A stretch of DNA of 64,000 bases, taken from NCBI GenBank assembly GCA_951406725.2, contig OX597817.1, positions 176,390,001 through 176,454,000 of the forward strand, read 5' to 3'. This document shows, in pieces, positions 42,405-56,524 of this stretch; positions within the stretch are counted from its first letter, which is position 1; each line of letters starts with the position of its first letter. The stretch comes from Octopus vulgaris (lineage: Eukaryota). The notes under the pieces were generated by a model, which was given only the letters and a program-made list of their open reading frames with translations, was not told where the DNA came from and did not search any database. A program made the translations under genes and the position numbers.

Positions 42405-45400
42405 TTTTATACTTTGATAGGTTTCGGCCATTATTGGCCCAGGCCATGTATAACTAAATATCACCACCTGGTGAAGTCTTTCAAGTCAGAATTTGGGCAC
42501 TATGGCCCACTCAAGTAGAGAGTTATTGTTTACAGAGACATATCCGGGTGTAGGGGGTTTATCCGGGATTTCTTGAAGGAATCTGTCCAAAGACTTCTTG
42601 AACCCTATAGGGTCAGTTTCTGTTTTAATGTGTTTTGGTGTAATGTTAAAGAGAGCGGGGCCAATTGAGGTGAAATAATTGTGCCGTATTGTTGTTATGA
42701 GATGAGAGTGTGATTTTTGCTTTGGGCGGATGGCACGGGGCCCAGGCATTGGATGTACCTTAAAGTTGATGCCAACATCATTTGGGCAATGCTGATTGAA
42801 TATTTTCCACATCATGCAGATGATGTAGCGCTCACGACGACGTTGGAGAGAATAGAGTTTTAGCTTTTCTAGTCGACCCCAATAGTCGAGGCCTGTCATG
42901 CCATCTATCTTTTTTGTGATTGCCCTTTGAGGTGCTTCAACTTTTATGATACCTTGTATTGTGTGGGGAGACCACAGTGGACAACAGTATTCAAGGTGGG
43001 GTCGGGCAAAAGTGGAGAAGAGAAGGATAATGGTGTGGATATCTCTCGACTGGAAAGTTCTGAGAATCCAGGAACACATTCTGCGGGCCATGTCAACTTT
43101 GGTGTTTATATGAGTGGCCCAGCTTATGTTGTTGTCCACAATTACTCCCAAGTCTCTGATGTTGTTGGACGCCGCGAGAGTTTCACCTGAAGGAAGGGAG
43201 TATGGGAGTTTCAGGGCATCCTCTTTTCCAAAGTGGATTAGCTCAAATTTATCCTCGTTCAGCAGCATATTGTTTGTTTCTGACCACTGGATAACAGCCA
43301 GTAGATCTGACTGAAGGCATGTCCGGTCACTCGCCTCATTTATGACCTTCTGTAGCTTGGAGTCATCTGCAAAGATTTTTATGTTGCTGTGCTTGATGAT
43401 GTCATTAATGTCATTAATGTAGATGATGAAAAGAAGTGGGCCCAGCACAGTGCCTTGCGGAACGCCACTACTGACTTTGGCTGGGCTTGATTTTACCCCT
43501 TCAACTACAACATGTTGAGATCTGTCTGTCAGAAAACACTTGATCCATTTCAGTAACTTTCCAGAGACACCAATGTTGGATAGTTTTTTCAATAGGATCT
43601 TGTGATCGACCCTGTCGAAGGCCTTACTGAAATCAAGGTAGATGACATCGGTGTTGGAGCCCTCTCCCAAAGCTCTCAAAATGTCCTCAAAGAGATGCAG
43701 GAGATGCGTTAGGCAGTCCCTTCCATTACGGAACCCATGTTGGTTGGAGATCAGCCGTCTGTTGCTTTCCAGAAATTGGGTTATTCGAGATCTCACCACC
43801 CTCTCAAATACCTTGATGATATGAGAGGTGAGTGAGATCGGACGGTAATTCACTGCAAGGGACTTGTTTCCCTTTTTGAAAACTGGGACAACAGACTGGG
43901 ACAGAAGGTTTTTTGGAATATAGCCAGCATCCAGTGAGTTTCTCCACAGATTAGCAAGGGGGGATGCAAGTTGGTGTCGACACACCTTCAGGACACAAGC
44001 AGGGAATCTATCGGGGCCTACTGCTGAATTGTGTTTTATTTCGTTTATCGCCGCTAAGACATCAGGGGCACTAAACGTTATGTCCGATATAGTGTGTTGG
44101 GGGTTGACATCACTGATACAGCCCAGATCGGCCATATCAGGATTGCTGAAAACAGAGCAGTATTGTTTCTGCAGTATCTCGGCCATGGATTTGGCATTAT
44201 CTTGGAGAGTGCCAGTTTCGTCAATTAGAGGGCCTACAGTGGAGACAGTGACCCTGCGTTTCCTCGCAAATGAAATGAACACTTTGGGGTTGAGTTTGAT
44301 TTTTTCAATGGCCCACTTCTCCTCAGCTGATTTTTGGTTATTGATGAGGGTCTTCATGCATTGTTGGAGGTTATATTTTTTGGATTCAAGCAGTGCGATA
44401 GCCGTCGAATGTGTGTGTTGCTGTTGGCAGTACTTTAGTTTGTTAATTTTTTTGTTTGTTCTTTTTATTTTTCTGATAATGGTTTTTCTGTTTTGGGGGA
44501 TTCTGCACTTTTTGTTCACAGGTCTTGGTGGGGAGTGTTTTGCACATATGTCTGTGACGGTGTCTACAAAGATCTGCCAAGATGTTTTATGGTTGGTGGA
44601 GATGTGTGTATGTGTAAAGGACCAGTCAACATGTGATAGCTCGTTCCTGATTGCATCCCAGTTGGCATTATGGAGATCCATGTTGTCAAATGGGTGGGCT
44701 GGAGGAAGGTCACTAGGATTAGCTTTCGGCTGGTGGAATTTCATGTTACAGAGAACCATGTCATGGTCTGAAAGAAGGGTTTTTTCCACTGTAACGTTAT
44801 GTATAGTGTTAGTGTGGTTACTAAACACTAAGTCCAAAATGTTCTGATGTCTTGTTGGTGCAAGGACAAGTTGGGACAAGAAAAACTCATTCGTAAAGTC
44901 GAAAAGTGACTCTGCTGCTTCTTTGTCAGCGGTTGAGGCGAGAGTGCTTGGTTTCAAACAGTTTGTAGTCCAGTCAACACAGGGTAGATTGAAGTCTCCC
45001 ATCATGAGTATGTTGCTAGAATGGCACTATTGAATAAAGCACTTAATGCTGTTGAGGCATTCTTTAAAGCACAGTATGGGTGTTTGGGGCGGCCTATAGA
45101 GCCCAATTACTGTCAGGTCATTGGCTTTGTTGTGCACGGTGACTGATTCACAGCAGCCGTTGGAGAATATACTATTTCCATCTGCCGTAAATGAATCATG
45201 CAGGAAAATGGCAGTTCCACCCTTCCTCCTGCCGATACGATCTGCGCGGATGGTTGTGAAATTCTTCACTCTCACTTCGGCTTCCAAGTGGGAGTTGTCA
45301 AGGTGGGTCTCAGTGAGAATGAAGAAAGGGATGTGGTGTGAATGGTTCCGTAATGGTTACTTCAATGAATTGGACCTTCCATTTTTGTGCATTGATGGAA

Positions 45401-46340
45401 GGGCTGACACCTTGTGCATTGAGTAGGAATGTGGAGGTTAGTGTAGTGGCTGGTTTTGACTGTTGCAGGGGGCTTGGATTTTTTGTGTGCGTTAGTGGCA
45501 GCAATGTGGGGAATTGGTGCACTGGGGTAATAGCATAGGATGGTGTTGAGTGATGGCTAGAATGTTTTTGTGTATCTCTTTTGCCATGTTCAACATGGCT
45601 CAAAAAGAATTTTCCTGCTTAGGGAGCAGTTTTTGGCTGGAGGTGTGGTTGCACTGTTGGATAGGGTTGTAGTTTCCACTTTTGTTGTTGTTGTTTTTGT
45701 GTCTTCCTGAAAAGACTGGACCAGCATTACTGCAGCATGGTGTGTTTCTATTTTTATTTTTATTCAGGTTTGTGTGTTGGCTTGAAGCCCCATTTCTGTT
45801 TGTGCGTCGGGTCCCTGGAAGATGAGTGAAGAGACAGTCACTCAGCAGACATGTTCTCTCACGTTGGGAATACCGGCAGATTTTGGGACTCCGAGTTGTG
45901 TGTGTTTTGAATTTCGATTTACTATTTGGTGGTGTTGATGTTATTGTGGGATGCGTGCATTGGCCTTGGCCGGTAGTGCGTCTAGTGCCGGGTAGATGCG
46001 TGAAGATGCAGTCACTATTTGTGCAGAGTCTCTGGCGCAGTGAATAGCGGCATATTTGGGGATTTCTTGTTTGTGCCGTGGGGGGCGCATTCTGCTTCCT
46101 ATGTTTCTTTAAGTTTTTGTTACTGCAGTAGTATTGAGGTGGGGATGTGGGGAAAGAGGGCAGTGGTTTCTTATTTGGTTTTCTGTTGGTATTTTTAGTG
46201 ATAGAAGTCGATGGTGGCAGCGGTGGTGATGATGATGATGATAATTGTGGTGGTTGCCGTGAGAGCGGTGAAAAGATACTGGCATTTAGTGAATCATCTG
46301 GTAAGCTAGAGTTGAGGAGTGGCTGTTGTTGTTCTTGTTG

Positions 46341-46343
<3 letters not shown>
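42403..46343 (-). mobile_element. CR1-group LINE (APE-RT) with CCCH-type zinc fingers upstream, inserted in (TA)n
   Basis: Two CRYS..C..DC.FTH motifs (45600-46343); broken APE (LLNAQG, RADR..RKGG, IGLYRPP, MGDFNLP, LSDH); RT ORF 42486-45005. Confidence 0.9.
42486..45005 (-). CDS. LINE ORF2 remnant, 839 aa open (APE C-terminal half + RT)
   Basis: [46 protein letters not shown]; the upstream APE part has a stop/frameshift. Confidence 0.85.
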   Translation of the reverse strand: MMGDFNLPCVDWTTNCLKPSTLASTADKEAAESLFDFTNEFFLSQLVLAPTRHQNILDLVFSNHTNTIHNVTVEKTLLSDHDMVLCNMKFHQPKANPSDLPPAHPFDNMDLHNANWDAIRNELSHVDWSFTHTHISTNHKTSWQIFVDTVTDICAKHSPPRPVNKKCRIPQNRKTIIRKIKRTNKKINKLKYCQQQHTHSTAIALLESKKYNLQQCMKTLINNQKSAEEKWAIEKIKLNPKVFISFARKRRVTVSTVGPLIDETGTLQDNAKSMAEILQKQYCSVFSNPDMADLGCISDVNPQHTISDITFSAPDVLAAINEIKHNSAVGPDRFPACVLKVCRHQLASPLANLWRNSLDAGYIPKNLLSQSVVPVFKKGNKSLAVNYRPISLTSHIIKVFERVVRSRITQFLESNRRLISNQHGFRNGRDCLTHLLHLFEDILRALGEGSNTDVIYLDFSKAFDRVDHKILLKKLSNIGVSGKLLKWIKCFLTDRSQHVVVEGVKSSPAKVSSGVPQGTVLGPLLFIIYINDINDIIKHSNIKIFADDSKLQKVINEASDRTCLQSDLLAVIQWSETNNMLLNEDKFELIHFGKEDALKLPYSLPSGETLAASNNIRDLGVIVDNNISWATHINTKVDMARRMCSWILRTFQSRDIHTIILLFSTFARPHLEYCCPLWSPHTIQGIIKVEAPQRAITKKIDGMTGLDYWGRLEKLKLYSLQRRRERYIICMMWKIFNQHCPNDVGINFKVHPMPGPRAIRPKQKSHSHLITTIRHNYFTSIGPALFNITPKHIKTETDPIGFKKSLDRFLQEIPDKPPTPGYVSVNNNSLLEWAIVPKF

Positions 46344-46430
<87 letters not shown>

Positions 46431-46550
46431 CACTGTGGAGAGACTTTTTGAAAACTGTGTGTATATATATAAAAAATTCAATGTAAGAGACTATTGGAAC
46501 ACTTTTATATATATATATCTATAAAATTCTCTGTGGAGAGACGTTTTGAA

Positions 46551-46588
<38 letters not shown>

Positions 46589-46620
46589 TTATAAAATTCA
46601 CTGTGAAGAGACATTTTGTA

Positions 46621-46672
<52 letters not shown>

Positions 46673-46866
46673 TCACAGAGGGGAGACTTTTTGAACACTG
46701 TGTATATATATTTAAAATTCACTGTGTATATATATATATATACATAAAATTCACTACGGAGAGACTTTTGGACACTAAAATTCACTGTAGAGAGACTTTT
46801 TGAACACTGTGTTTATATATATATATAAAATTCACTGTGGAGAGACTTTTTGAACACTGTGTATAT

Positions 46867-47736
46867 CATCATCATCATCATCATCATCGTTTAATGTCCG
46901 TTCTCGATGCTAGCACGGGTTGGACGGTTCGACCGGGGATCTGGGAAGCCAGAAGGCTGCACCAGGCTCCTGTCTTATCTGGCATTGTTTCTACAGCTGG
47001 ATGCCCTTCCTAACGCCAACCACTCCGTGAGTGTAGTGGGTGCTTTTTACGTGCCACCTGCACAGGTTCCAGGCGAGGCTGGCAATGGCCACAGTCGGAT
47101 TGGTGTATTTTACGTGCCACCGGCACGGAAGCCAGTGGAGGCGTTGCTGGCAGCGGCCACGAGTCGGATAGTGCTTTTTACGTACCACCAGACCAGGGAT
47201 CCTGGCTGGTTCAATTCGATTTTGCTTTCGCTTGCCCCAACATGTCTTCGCAAGCAAAGGGGGTTGGCATGGGCGCCTGTCGTCAGATGAGGTTCTATAT
47301 CGACTTCGCTTGCCTCAACAGGTCTTTGTGTCCAAGGGAGGAAAGGCATTCATAAGTGGGCTGGGCTCACTTGTCCTGCCTGGTCTTCTCACGTACAGCA
47401 TATTTCCAAAGGTCTCGGTCGCTGGTCATTTCCTCAGTGAGGCCTAAAGTTCGAAGGCCGTGCTTCACCACCTCGTCCCAGGTTTTCCTGGGTCTACCTC
47501 TTCCACGGGTTCCCTCAACTGCTAGGGATTGGCACTTTCTCACACACCTATCTTCGTCCATTCTCGCCAAATGACCATACCAGCGCAATCGTCTCTTTTG
47601 CACACCACAACTGATGCTTCTTAGGTACAACATTTCTCTCAAGGTACTAACACTCTGTCGAGTATGTACACTGACATTATACATTCCTCACGAGCATACT
47701 GGCTTCATTCCTCACGAGCTTACGCATGTCCTCAGC
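46867..47736 (-). mobile_element. 5'-truncated RTE-clade LINE with (GAT)n tail and ~19-bp TSD
   Basis: RRLRWYGHLARM..RGRGRPRKTW C-terminus. TSD TTTTGAACACTGT(G/A)TATAT at 46848-46866 and 47737-47755. Confidence 0.88.
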
Positions 47737-47745
47737 TTTTGAACA

Positions 47746-47786
<41 letters not shown>

Positions 47787-47869
47787 GGTCCCGGGTTTAT
47801 TCGGGGTTAACCACAGTAAATAAGGTACTCAATACATAGCAGAGTAAAATTAATTTATTATATAGAAGG

Positions 47870-47920
47870 AGCTTCTACAGGACTAGAACTGTTTCATTCA
47901 AGAGAAATCTTCAGGAAGCT
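47870..47920 (-). ncRNA. Type I hammerhead ribozyme, inverted pLTR copy
   Basis: Exact reverse complement of 53394-53444. Confidence 0.75.
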
Positions 47921-48459
47921 AGTTAACAAGAATTGTATTGGCATTTATACATTTAGGCAGGTTTAAAGGGGTGGTGGTGGGGGACTTTTTGGGGGTAGGC
48001 ATAGCGCAAAATATCATACTTGGGGGAGTGGTCAAGGAGTCAGTGGTAAATTAGATAAAAGAATAAATAAAAAAATAAAAAAATATATATAAAAAAGAAT
48101 AGAGTTTTAGGTAAATAAGGAGATTCTCACTTATGCCTATACACATATGTATACATATATACACACACATACATACATATATACATACACACATACATAC
48201 ACACACACACATATACATATATATACACATACACATACATATACATATCTACACATACACATATATATATATATATATACATACACTCACTCACATGCAT
48301 ACACGTATACACACATGTATATATACACAAACGACCACACATACATATACACACAGAAAAATATATATACATACACACATACACACATGCACACACAGCA
48401 CACTAGTCCCTATATACACATATATACACATACACACATATATATACATACACATACAT

Positions 48460-48491
<32 letters not shown>

Positions 48492-49449
48492 ATATGTGTA
48501 CCTATACATACCTACACATACACACATATATATACATACAAATACAGACCCATTCCCTAATTTTAATTTTATTATCTTCATTTATTACTTTTGTTATCTT
48601 TGACCGCTGGTCCCAAGGATCTTGGCTATAACAGCAAGTCCATTTATCTGTCTACTTGAAAACAAGCACTCATTCACGCACGCACACTCATTAGCACGTA
48701 CACTCACTCATTCGTACACTCATACACATACACGCACGCACGCGTTATATTCATACATACATACATCTACATACATTCACGTATATACACATACGTACGC
48801 GTACCTACAGATTCATGTCTACACTCTTAGAAGACTAGTCTATACATATACACCAATAAATATATATATATACACACATACACATACACCTACATACAAA
48901 TACACACATATATATATATACATATATATATATACATACATATATATACACATATATATACATATATATATATATATACAAATATATATACACACATATA
49001 TATACACACATACACATACATACATATACACACATACACATACATACGTATACATACATACATACATCCATACATCCATACATACATACATTTATACACA
49101 TACACACACCCATATATATATATATACACACACATACATACATATACATACATACATATACAAATATACGCACACACATACATACATACACATATACACA
49201 TACACGCACATACACATGTACATGCGTACCCATACACACACACACACACACGCGCATCCATATATACACACACACACATATACATGTGTGCAAACATACA
49301 TACATACTCATACACGCACACACACTTACATATACATATATGCACACACTTACACACATATATACATACACATATACATACATACATACATACATATATG
49401 CATACATACACACACACATATATATATATACATACATACACATACACAT

Positions 49450-50789
49450 ATCGAGGATTACTACGCCTCCATATCGGAGAGCTTGCTGATCGACGCGATT
49501 AACTTCGCCAGGAGGTCCTCCACAATCACCGAGGCCGAGCAAGATGTGATCCTCCACGCACGTAAGACTTTTCTTTTCTATGACGGATCCCACTGGATCA
49601 ACAAAAAATCTGTGACCCCCTTCGACGTCAGCATGGGTGCTAACGACTCTGCTGAAATAAGTGACCTAGTGGGCCTTTTCATCCTCCATAGGCTGAAAAC
49701 CCTATTCACAGGCCTCTCCGGTGGTCTTTACCGCGATGACGGCCTTTTCGCCCACCACAAAATAAACCCCAGGACCACGGATGGGTTCCGGAAAAATCTT
49801 TACACCTTCTTTAAAAACTTAGGCCTTAGGATTACCTTAGAATCCAACTTAACAAAAGCTAACTTCCTTGATGTCACCCTCGACTTAAAAACCTCACTTT
49901 ATTACCCGTACCACAAACCGAATGAATCCCTTAGATATATAGATATTAATTCCAACCACCCCAAAATTATATTAGATAACCTAGTAAAAAGTGTCTCAAT
50001 TAGAATTTCTAGCCTGTCCGCCACGGAAGATATCTTTAAGGCCGCAGCCCCCTATTACAACGAGGCTCTGGCCCGCAGTGGCTTTAAAGATAAGATTACC
50101 TATACTAGTATAGCCCCACGCCAACCCAGGAAAAATAGACGAAGACACATTAGCTGGTACAACCCCCCTTCAACCGTGAGGTCGCTACACCTGTAGCTAA
50201 AATCTTCTTCACTCTCCTACAGAAACACTTCCCCACCCAACATAAGTACTACACTATCCTAAATAAGAACACTATTAGACTCTCCTACTCTACCACGCCC
50301 AATCTAGCCAGGAACCTAGCCAACAACAATGTGAAAAAACTTAACATATCTACTTTTTCCGAGGCCCATCCAACGTCCGATAGCAATTACAACTGCCCTG
50401 ATAAAACCACCTGCCCCCTCAACAACAACTGCCTACAGAGGGACCTAGTATATACATGCGAGGTAAGATCAGGCCCTGACGATAAAAGAAAATCCTACAT
50501 CGGAATGACGTCAAACAGCTTTAAGACCCGTTGGTACGCACATACACACTCGTTCCGGCGACAGGATAAATCCAACCAAACTACCCTCGCCGCCCACATC
50601 TGGTACCTTAAAAGGAACTCAATACCCTTCAAGACCAAGTGGAAACTACTACAGAAGGCGCGCTCGTACACAGGAGGCCATACCTGCTGTGACCTCTGCA
50701 TATCGGAGAGCCTAGAGATCTTGTTCGCCAAAGGCCCTCTCCTTAACAAATTCTCAGAACACTCCCCAAATTGCATGCATAAGAAGTAA
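49450..50789 (+). pseudogene. PLE reverse transcriptase (from motif A) + Cys linker + GIY-YIG endonuclease, frameshifted near 50170
   Basis: IEDYYASI, FDVSMGANDSAEISDLVG, GLYRDDG, NFLDVTLDL, SNHP; NCPDKTTCPLNNNCL..LVY..YIGMTSNSFKTRWYAH; CDLCISE. Confidence 0.9.
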
Positions 50790-51180
50790 GCGAACTACAA
50801 GAACTATAGACCTACCCGGCAACCAGATTGATGACACCCCACCCACAAAACCCCCCCAATCCCACCGTTCCCCTAGAACCCCCGATTACCTTTTCTCCTA
50901 AGACCTTTCACATATTGTATGTGCACGCTTGTATATGTGGATCGTATATATGTATAGAAATGTATGGGTATAGTAGGAATATACGCATGTATTATGTGTG
51001 TGTGTGTGTGTGTATGTATGTAAAAAAAAAAATATATATATATGTATGTGCGTGTGTGTGTGTGTGTGTATATATGTATATATGTATATATGTATGTATG
51101 TATATATATGTGTGTATGCATATGTATGTGTATATGTATGTGTGTATGTATGTGTATGTATGTATAAAATATTATATAAT

Positions 51181-51380
51181 TAGGGCTTAGTAAAATAAAT
51201 TACTTTGCCACATACTGAACTTTCTAGAAATAGTAGCCAAAAAAGTTTTTTAGCCTCTTCCACTACTTAGAGAATATTTTCCCTCAGACATTGTTTACTC
51301 AAAATAATAATGGTCCTTTTACATACTGAATACTTGGTGAAATTGATTAATAACTAATTAACTTTACCCTCAATTGTTGA
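51181..51380. mobile_element. ~200-bp relative of the 40977 element inside the PLE 3' region
   Basis: Starts agggcttagtaaaataaattactt.gcc.catactgaact and ends tttaccctcaattgttga, as in 40977-41450; the middle differs and no hammerhead is visible. Confidence 0.7.
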
Positions 51381-51490
51381 TATATGTATGCGTGTGTATA
51401 TATATGTATATGTGTATATATATATGTACATGTATGTATATGTGTATGTATGTATATATATGTGTATGTATGTATATATATACATATGTA

Positions 51491-51539
<49 letters not shown>

Positions 51540-51769
51540 GTGTGTGTATATGTGTATTATGTATATATTTATATATATATATATGTGTATATGTATATGT
51601 ATGTGTGTGTGTATATGTAGATATGTGTATATATATGAGTGTACGCGAGTATGTCGATGTATATGTAGGTATGTAGAGTTATGTGTATGTGCATGTATGT
51701 GAGTGTAGATACAAATTGTAGATGTGTATATATATATGTGTGTGTATATATACATGTATATAGGTATAT

Positions 51770-51809
<40 letters not shown>

Positions 51810-51917
51810 GCGAGTATGTAGAGATATAAGTATGTGCATGTGTATATATATGTGTGTATATATATGTATATGTATGTGTATGTATGTATATATATATGTG
51901 TGTGTGTGTATGTATGC

Positions 51918-51950
<33 letters not shown>

Positions 51951-52334
51951 TATGTGTATGTATATATGTGTGTAAGTGTGTGCATATATGTATATGTAAG
52001 TGTGTGTGTGCGTGTATGAGTATGTATGTATGTTTGCACACATGTATATGTGTGTGTGTGTAAATATGGATGCGTGTGTGTGTGTGTGTATGGGTACGCA
52101 TGTACATGTGTATGTGCGTGTATGTGTATATGTGTATGTATGTATGTGTGTGCGTATATTTGTATATGTATGTATGTATATGTATGTATGTGTGTGTATA
52201 TATATATATATGGGTGTGTGTATGTGTATAAATGTATGTATGTATGGATGTATGTATGTATGTATACGTATGTATGTGTATGTGTGTATATGTATGTATG
52301 TGTATGTGTGTATATATATGTGTGTATATATATT

Positions 52335-52365
<31 letters not shown>

Positions 52366-52829
52366 ATGTGTATATATATGTATGTATATATATATATGTA
52401 TATATATATATGTGTGTGTATTTGTATGTAGGTGTATGTGTATGTGTGTGTATATATATATTTATTGGTGTATATGTATAGACTAGCCTTCTAAGAGTGT
52501 AGACATGAATCTGTAGGTACGCGTACGTATGTGTATATACGTGAATGTATGTAGATGTATGTATGTATGAATATAACGCGTGCGTGCGTGTATGTGTATG
52601 AGTGTACGAATGAGTGAGTGTACGTGCTAATGAGTGTGCGTGCGTGAATGAGTGCTTGTTTTCAAGTAGACAGATAAATGGACTTGCTGTTATAGCCAAG
52701 ATCCTTGGGACCAGCGGTCAAAGATAACAAAAGTAATAAATGAAGATAATAAAATTAAAATTAGGGAATGGGTCTGTATTTGTATGTATATATATGTGTG
52801 TATGTGTAGGTATGTATAGGTACACATAT

Positions 52830-52861
<32 letters not shown>

Positions 52862-53393
52862 ATGTATGTGTATGTATAAATATGTGTGTATGTGTATATA
52901 TGTGTATATAGGGACTAGTGTGCTGTGTGTGCATGTGTGTATGTGTGTATGTATATATATTTTTCTGTGTGTATATGTATGTGTGGTCGTTTGTGTATAT
53001 ATACATGTGTGTATACGTGTATGCATGTGAGTGAGTGTATGCATATATATATATATATGTGTGTATGTGTAGATATGTATATGTATGTGTATGTGTATAT
53101 ATATGTATATGTGTGTGTGTGTATGTATGTGTGTATGTATATATGTATGTATGTGTGTGTATATATGTATACATATGTGTATAGGTATAAGTGAGAATCT
53201 CCTTATTTACCTAAAACTATTCTTTTTTATATATATTTTTTTATTTTTTTATTTATACTTTTATCTAATTTACCACTGACTCCTTGACCACTCCCCCAAG
53301 TATGATATTTTGCGCTATGCCTACCCCCAAAAAGTCCCCCACCCCCTTTAAACATGCCTAAATGTATAAATGCCAATACAATTCTTGTTAACT

Positions 53394-53444
53394 AGCTTCC
53401 TGAAGATTTCTCTTGAATGAAACAGTTCTAGTCCTGTAGAAGCT
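53394..53444 (+). ncRNA. Type I hammerhead ribozyme at the PLE 3' end
   Basis: AGCTTC-CTGAAGA-tTTC tctt GAAt-GAAA-CAG ttctagtc CTG-TA-GAAGCT; GUA triplet; stem II has a terminal mismatch. Confidence 0.8.
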
Positions 53445-53449
53445 CCTTC

Positions 53450-53507
<58 letters not shown>

Positions 53508-53534
53508 CACTGTGGAGAGACTTTTTGAACAGTG

Positions 53535-53590
<56 letters not shown>

Positions 53591-53615
53591 AAAAGCAACA
53601 AGAATGGATTAAAAT

Positions 53616-53700
53616 CTCTGTACGATCGTTTCGTACGAGGACATCTTTAATAAGCTACAAAAATGCAGTGAATACAGATGGCTCGTACTTGTCAGCCGAA
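53616..53700 (-). ncRNA. Mutated hammerhead copy (G8A core change, stem I mismatch)
   Basis: Minus strand TTCGG-CTGACAA-GTACGAG..CTCGTAC-GAAA-CGATCG-TA-CAGAG. Confidence 0.7.
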
Positions 53701-55638
53701 AAAAACATCAGAGAATTTCCAAACATCAAAAGGGGTAGATACAAAAGATATTGTAAGATTAGCTGCATTGAAGAAAGTTCGATTCGTGGAGATCCGATGA
53801 AAGGTTTTAAACCTATAGAATTTATGCATGTCTACATATAGCTCATATTGAATATTTGATCAAGTTGTGTGAAGGAATTTTCGGATACAGTCATGCAAAA
53901 TTTCTGAAAATCCGAGTAAGAGGCAAAGTGACTGCCATATCATGTAGAGGAAAGTCTGAGTAAAAGTAAAGTGACTGTCATATCGTGTAGAGGAACAGAT
54001 TGTTATTGAAATTTACAAGAATCGCAGATAAGTTCGATTTTTTGGAGATCCGATGAAAAAGTCTTGAACTTACAAAATATGTGTATGTCCTTATAGTTCA
54101 TAATCCAGTTTTGTGAAGAGATTTAGGTACAATCATGCGAAAAATATCAGGGAATCCGAATGAGAAGCAAAATGACAGTCTTATATTGTAGCGGTTCAGG
54201 TTGTTAATGAATTTATCAAGAATCACAGAAAGAGGAGGAAGGAGGTAGAAATTTAATCAGTTACTGCTATTTAAGCTGTCAAAGAGAAAGGAAAGGGGAA
54301 GCTAAGGGGATGGGCACAAGTTGATACTAACAGAAAAGTCTAAGTTTGTTTAGAACAAAATTTGAACTGAGGTCAACAATTTATTTCTTTATTTATAAAT
54401 GTTACTATTAATAGATTGTCAGGTTACAAAGAGGTCATTAGAAAGGAAAGAAAAATGGGGTTGCTTTTAAATGAAATTAAACAATTATATTATTATTATA
54501 CTATACTATAATACACTACACTATATTATATTATATTATTTTGATATATTATATCACATCACAATACTCTACGATAGGTCTGGGATTAGCAGAATTAATT
54601 TTTAGTGTAAAAGAAATTAAGAGATTTAACTAACTAATATTTGTAATGGGTTAAAACCCATTACAAATATTAGTTAGTTAAATCTCTTAATTTCTTAAAA
54701 CCCATTACAAATATTAGTTAGTTAAATCTCTTAATTTCTTTTACACTGAAAATTAATTCTGCTAATCCCAGACCTATCGTAGTGTATTGTGATGTGATAT
54801 AATATATCAAAATAATATAATATAATATAGTGTAGTGTATTATAGTATAGTATAATTGTTTAATTTCATTTAAAAACAACCCCATTTTTCTTTCCTTTCT
54901 AATGACCTCTTTGTAACCTGACAATCTATTAATAGTAACATTTATAAATAAAGAAATAAATTGTTGACCTCAGTTCGAATTTTGTTCTAAACAAACTTAG
55001 ACTTTTCTGTTAGTATCAACTTGTGCCCATCCCCTTAGCTTCCCTTTTCCTTTCTCTTTGACAGCTTAAATAGCAGTAACTGATTAAATTTCTACCTCCT
55101 TCCTCCTCTTTCTGTGATTCTTGATAAATTCATTAACAACCTGAACCGCTACAATATAAGACTGTCATTTTGCTTCTCATTCGGATTCCCTGATATTTTC
55201 CGCATGATTGTACCCTAAATCTCTTCACAAAACTGGATTATGAACTATAAGGACATACACATATTTTGTAAGTTCAAGACTTTTTCATCGGATCTCCAAA
55301 AATCGAACTTATCTGCGATTCTTGTAAATTTCAATAACAATCTGTTCCTCTACACGATATGACAGTCACTTTGCTTTTACTCAGACTTTCCTCTACATGA
55401 TATGGCAGTCACTTTGCCTCTTACTCGGATTTTCAGAAATTTTGCATGACTGTATCCGAAAATTCCTTCACACAACTTGATCAAATATTCAATATGAGCT
55501 ACATGTAGACATGCATAAATTCTATAGGTTTAAAACCTTTCATCGGATCTCCACGAATCGAACTTTCTTCAATGCAGCTAATCTTACAATCTCTTTTGTA
55601 TCTACCCCTTTTGATGTTTGGGAATTCTCTGATGTTTT

Positions 55639-55724
55639 TTCGGCTGACGAGTACGAGCCATCTGTATTCACTGCATTTCTTGTAGCTTATTAAAGATGTC
55701 CTCGTACGAAACGATCGTACCGAG
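55639..55724 (+). ncRNA. Type I hammerhead ribozyme with enlarged loop II
   Basis: TTCGG-CTGACGA-GTACGAG (43 nt) CTCGTAC-GAAA-CGATCG-TA-CCGAG; palindromic stem III; GUA triplet. Confidence 0.85.
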
Positions 55725-55878
55725 ATTTTAATCCATTCTTGTTGCTTTTTTCCTATTTGTAATCACCCCACTTGTCGTATGGTTAACACCATATAGATTT
55801 CCGGTGCATCCTAGTTAAGGACCATATTCAAGTGAATTCTTTAGAATTCACTAGAATCTCAATTACTTAACCGTATAT

Positions 55879-55928
<50 letters not shown>

Positions 55929-55953
55929 CGCTGTGGAAAGACTTTTTGAACAC

Positions 55954-56032
<79 letters not shown>

Positions 56033-56112
56033 AATTCACTGTGGAAAGATTTTTGAACACTCTGTGTATATATATATATATATGTATATATAAATTCACT
56101 GAGAGACTAACA

Positions 56113-56156
<44 letters not shown>

Positions 56157-56187
56157 AATTCATATGTATGATATATATATATGTGTG

Positions 56188-56230
<43 letters not shown>

Positions 56231-56243
56231 TACTATGTATGAC

Positions 56244-56282
<39 letters not shown>

Positions 56283-56320
56283 AGAGAGATGAGATGAATA
56301 TATATAGAGATATATATATG

Positions 56321-56366
<46 letters not shown>

Positions 56367-56414
56367 TGTATATATACATATGTATGTATATATATATATA
56401 TAATATGTGTGATT

Positions 56415-56464
<50 letters not shown>

Positions 56465-56488
56465 GTATATATAATATTGAACACTGTG

Positions 56489-56524
<36 letters not shown>

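Larger units (their letters stand above)
47784..53456 (+). mobile_element. Penelope-like element, 5'-truncated, with ~1.6-kb inverted pseudo-LTR
   Basis: RT + GIY-YIG core at 49450-50789. 47858-49451 is the reverse complement of ~51868-53456. The left arm has ~73 extra bp. Each arm carries a hammerhead. Confidence 0.9.
53587..55873. mobile_element. 2.2-kb non-coding fold-back (palindromic) element with hammerheads, in (TA)n
   Basis: 53587-54652 is an inverted copy of ~54699-55755 with few differences. Hairpin centre GGGTT-AA-AACCC; 44-bp tandem duplication at 54653-54740; right-side extension 55756-55873. Confidence 0.88.

Noticed and set aside
48622-49449. N-terminal ~275 aa of the 524-aa ORF and its mirror ORF at 51569-52699
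   Set aside because: His/Thr/Tyr/Ile repeats from the inverted microsatellite arm, in frame with RT by chance.
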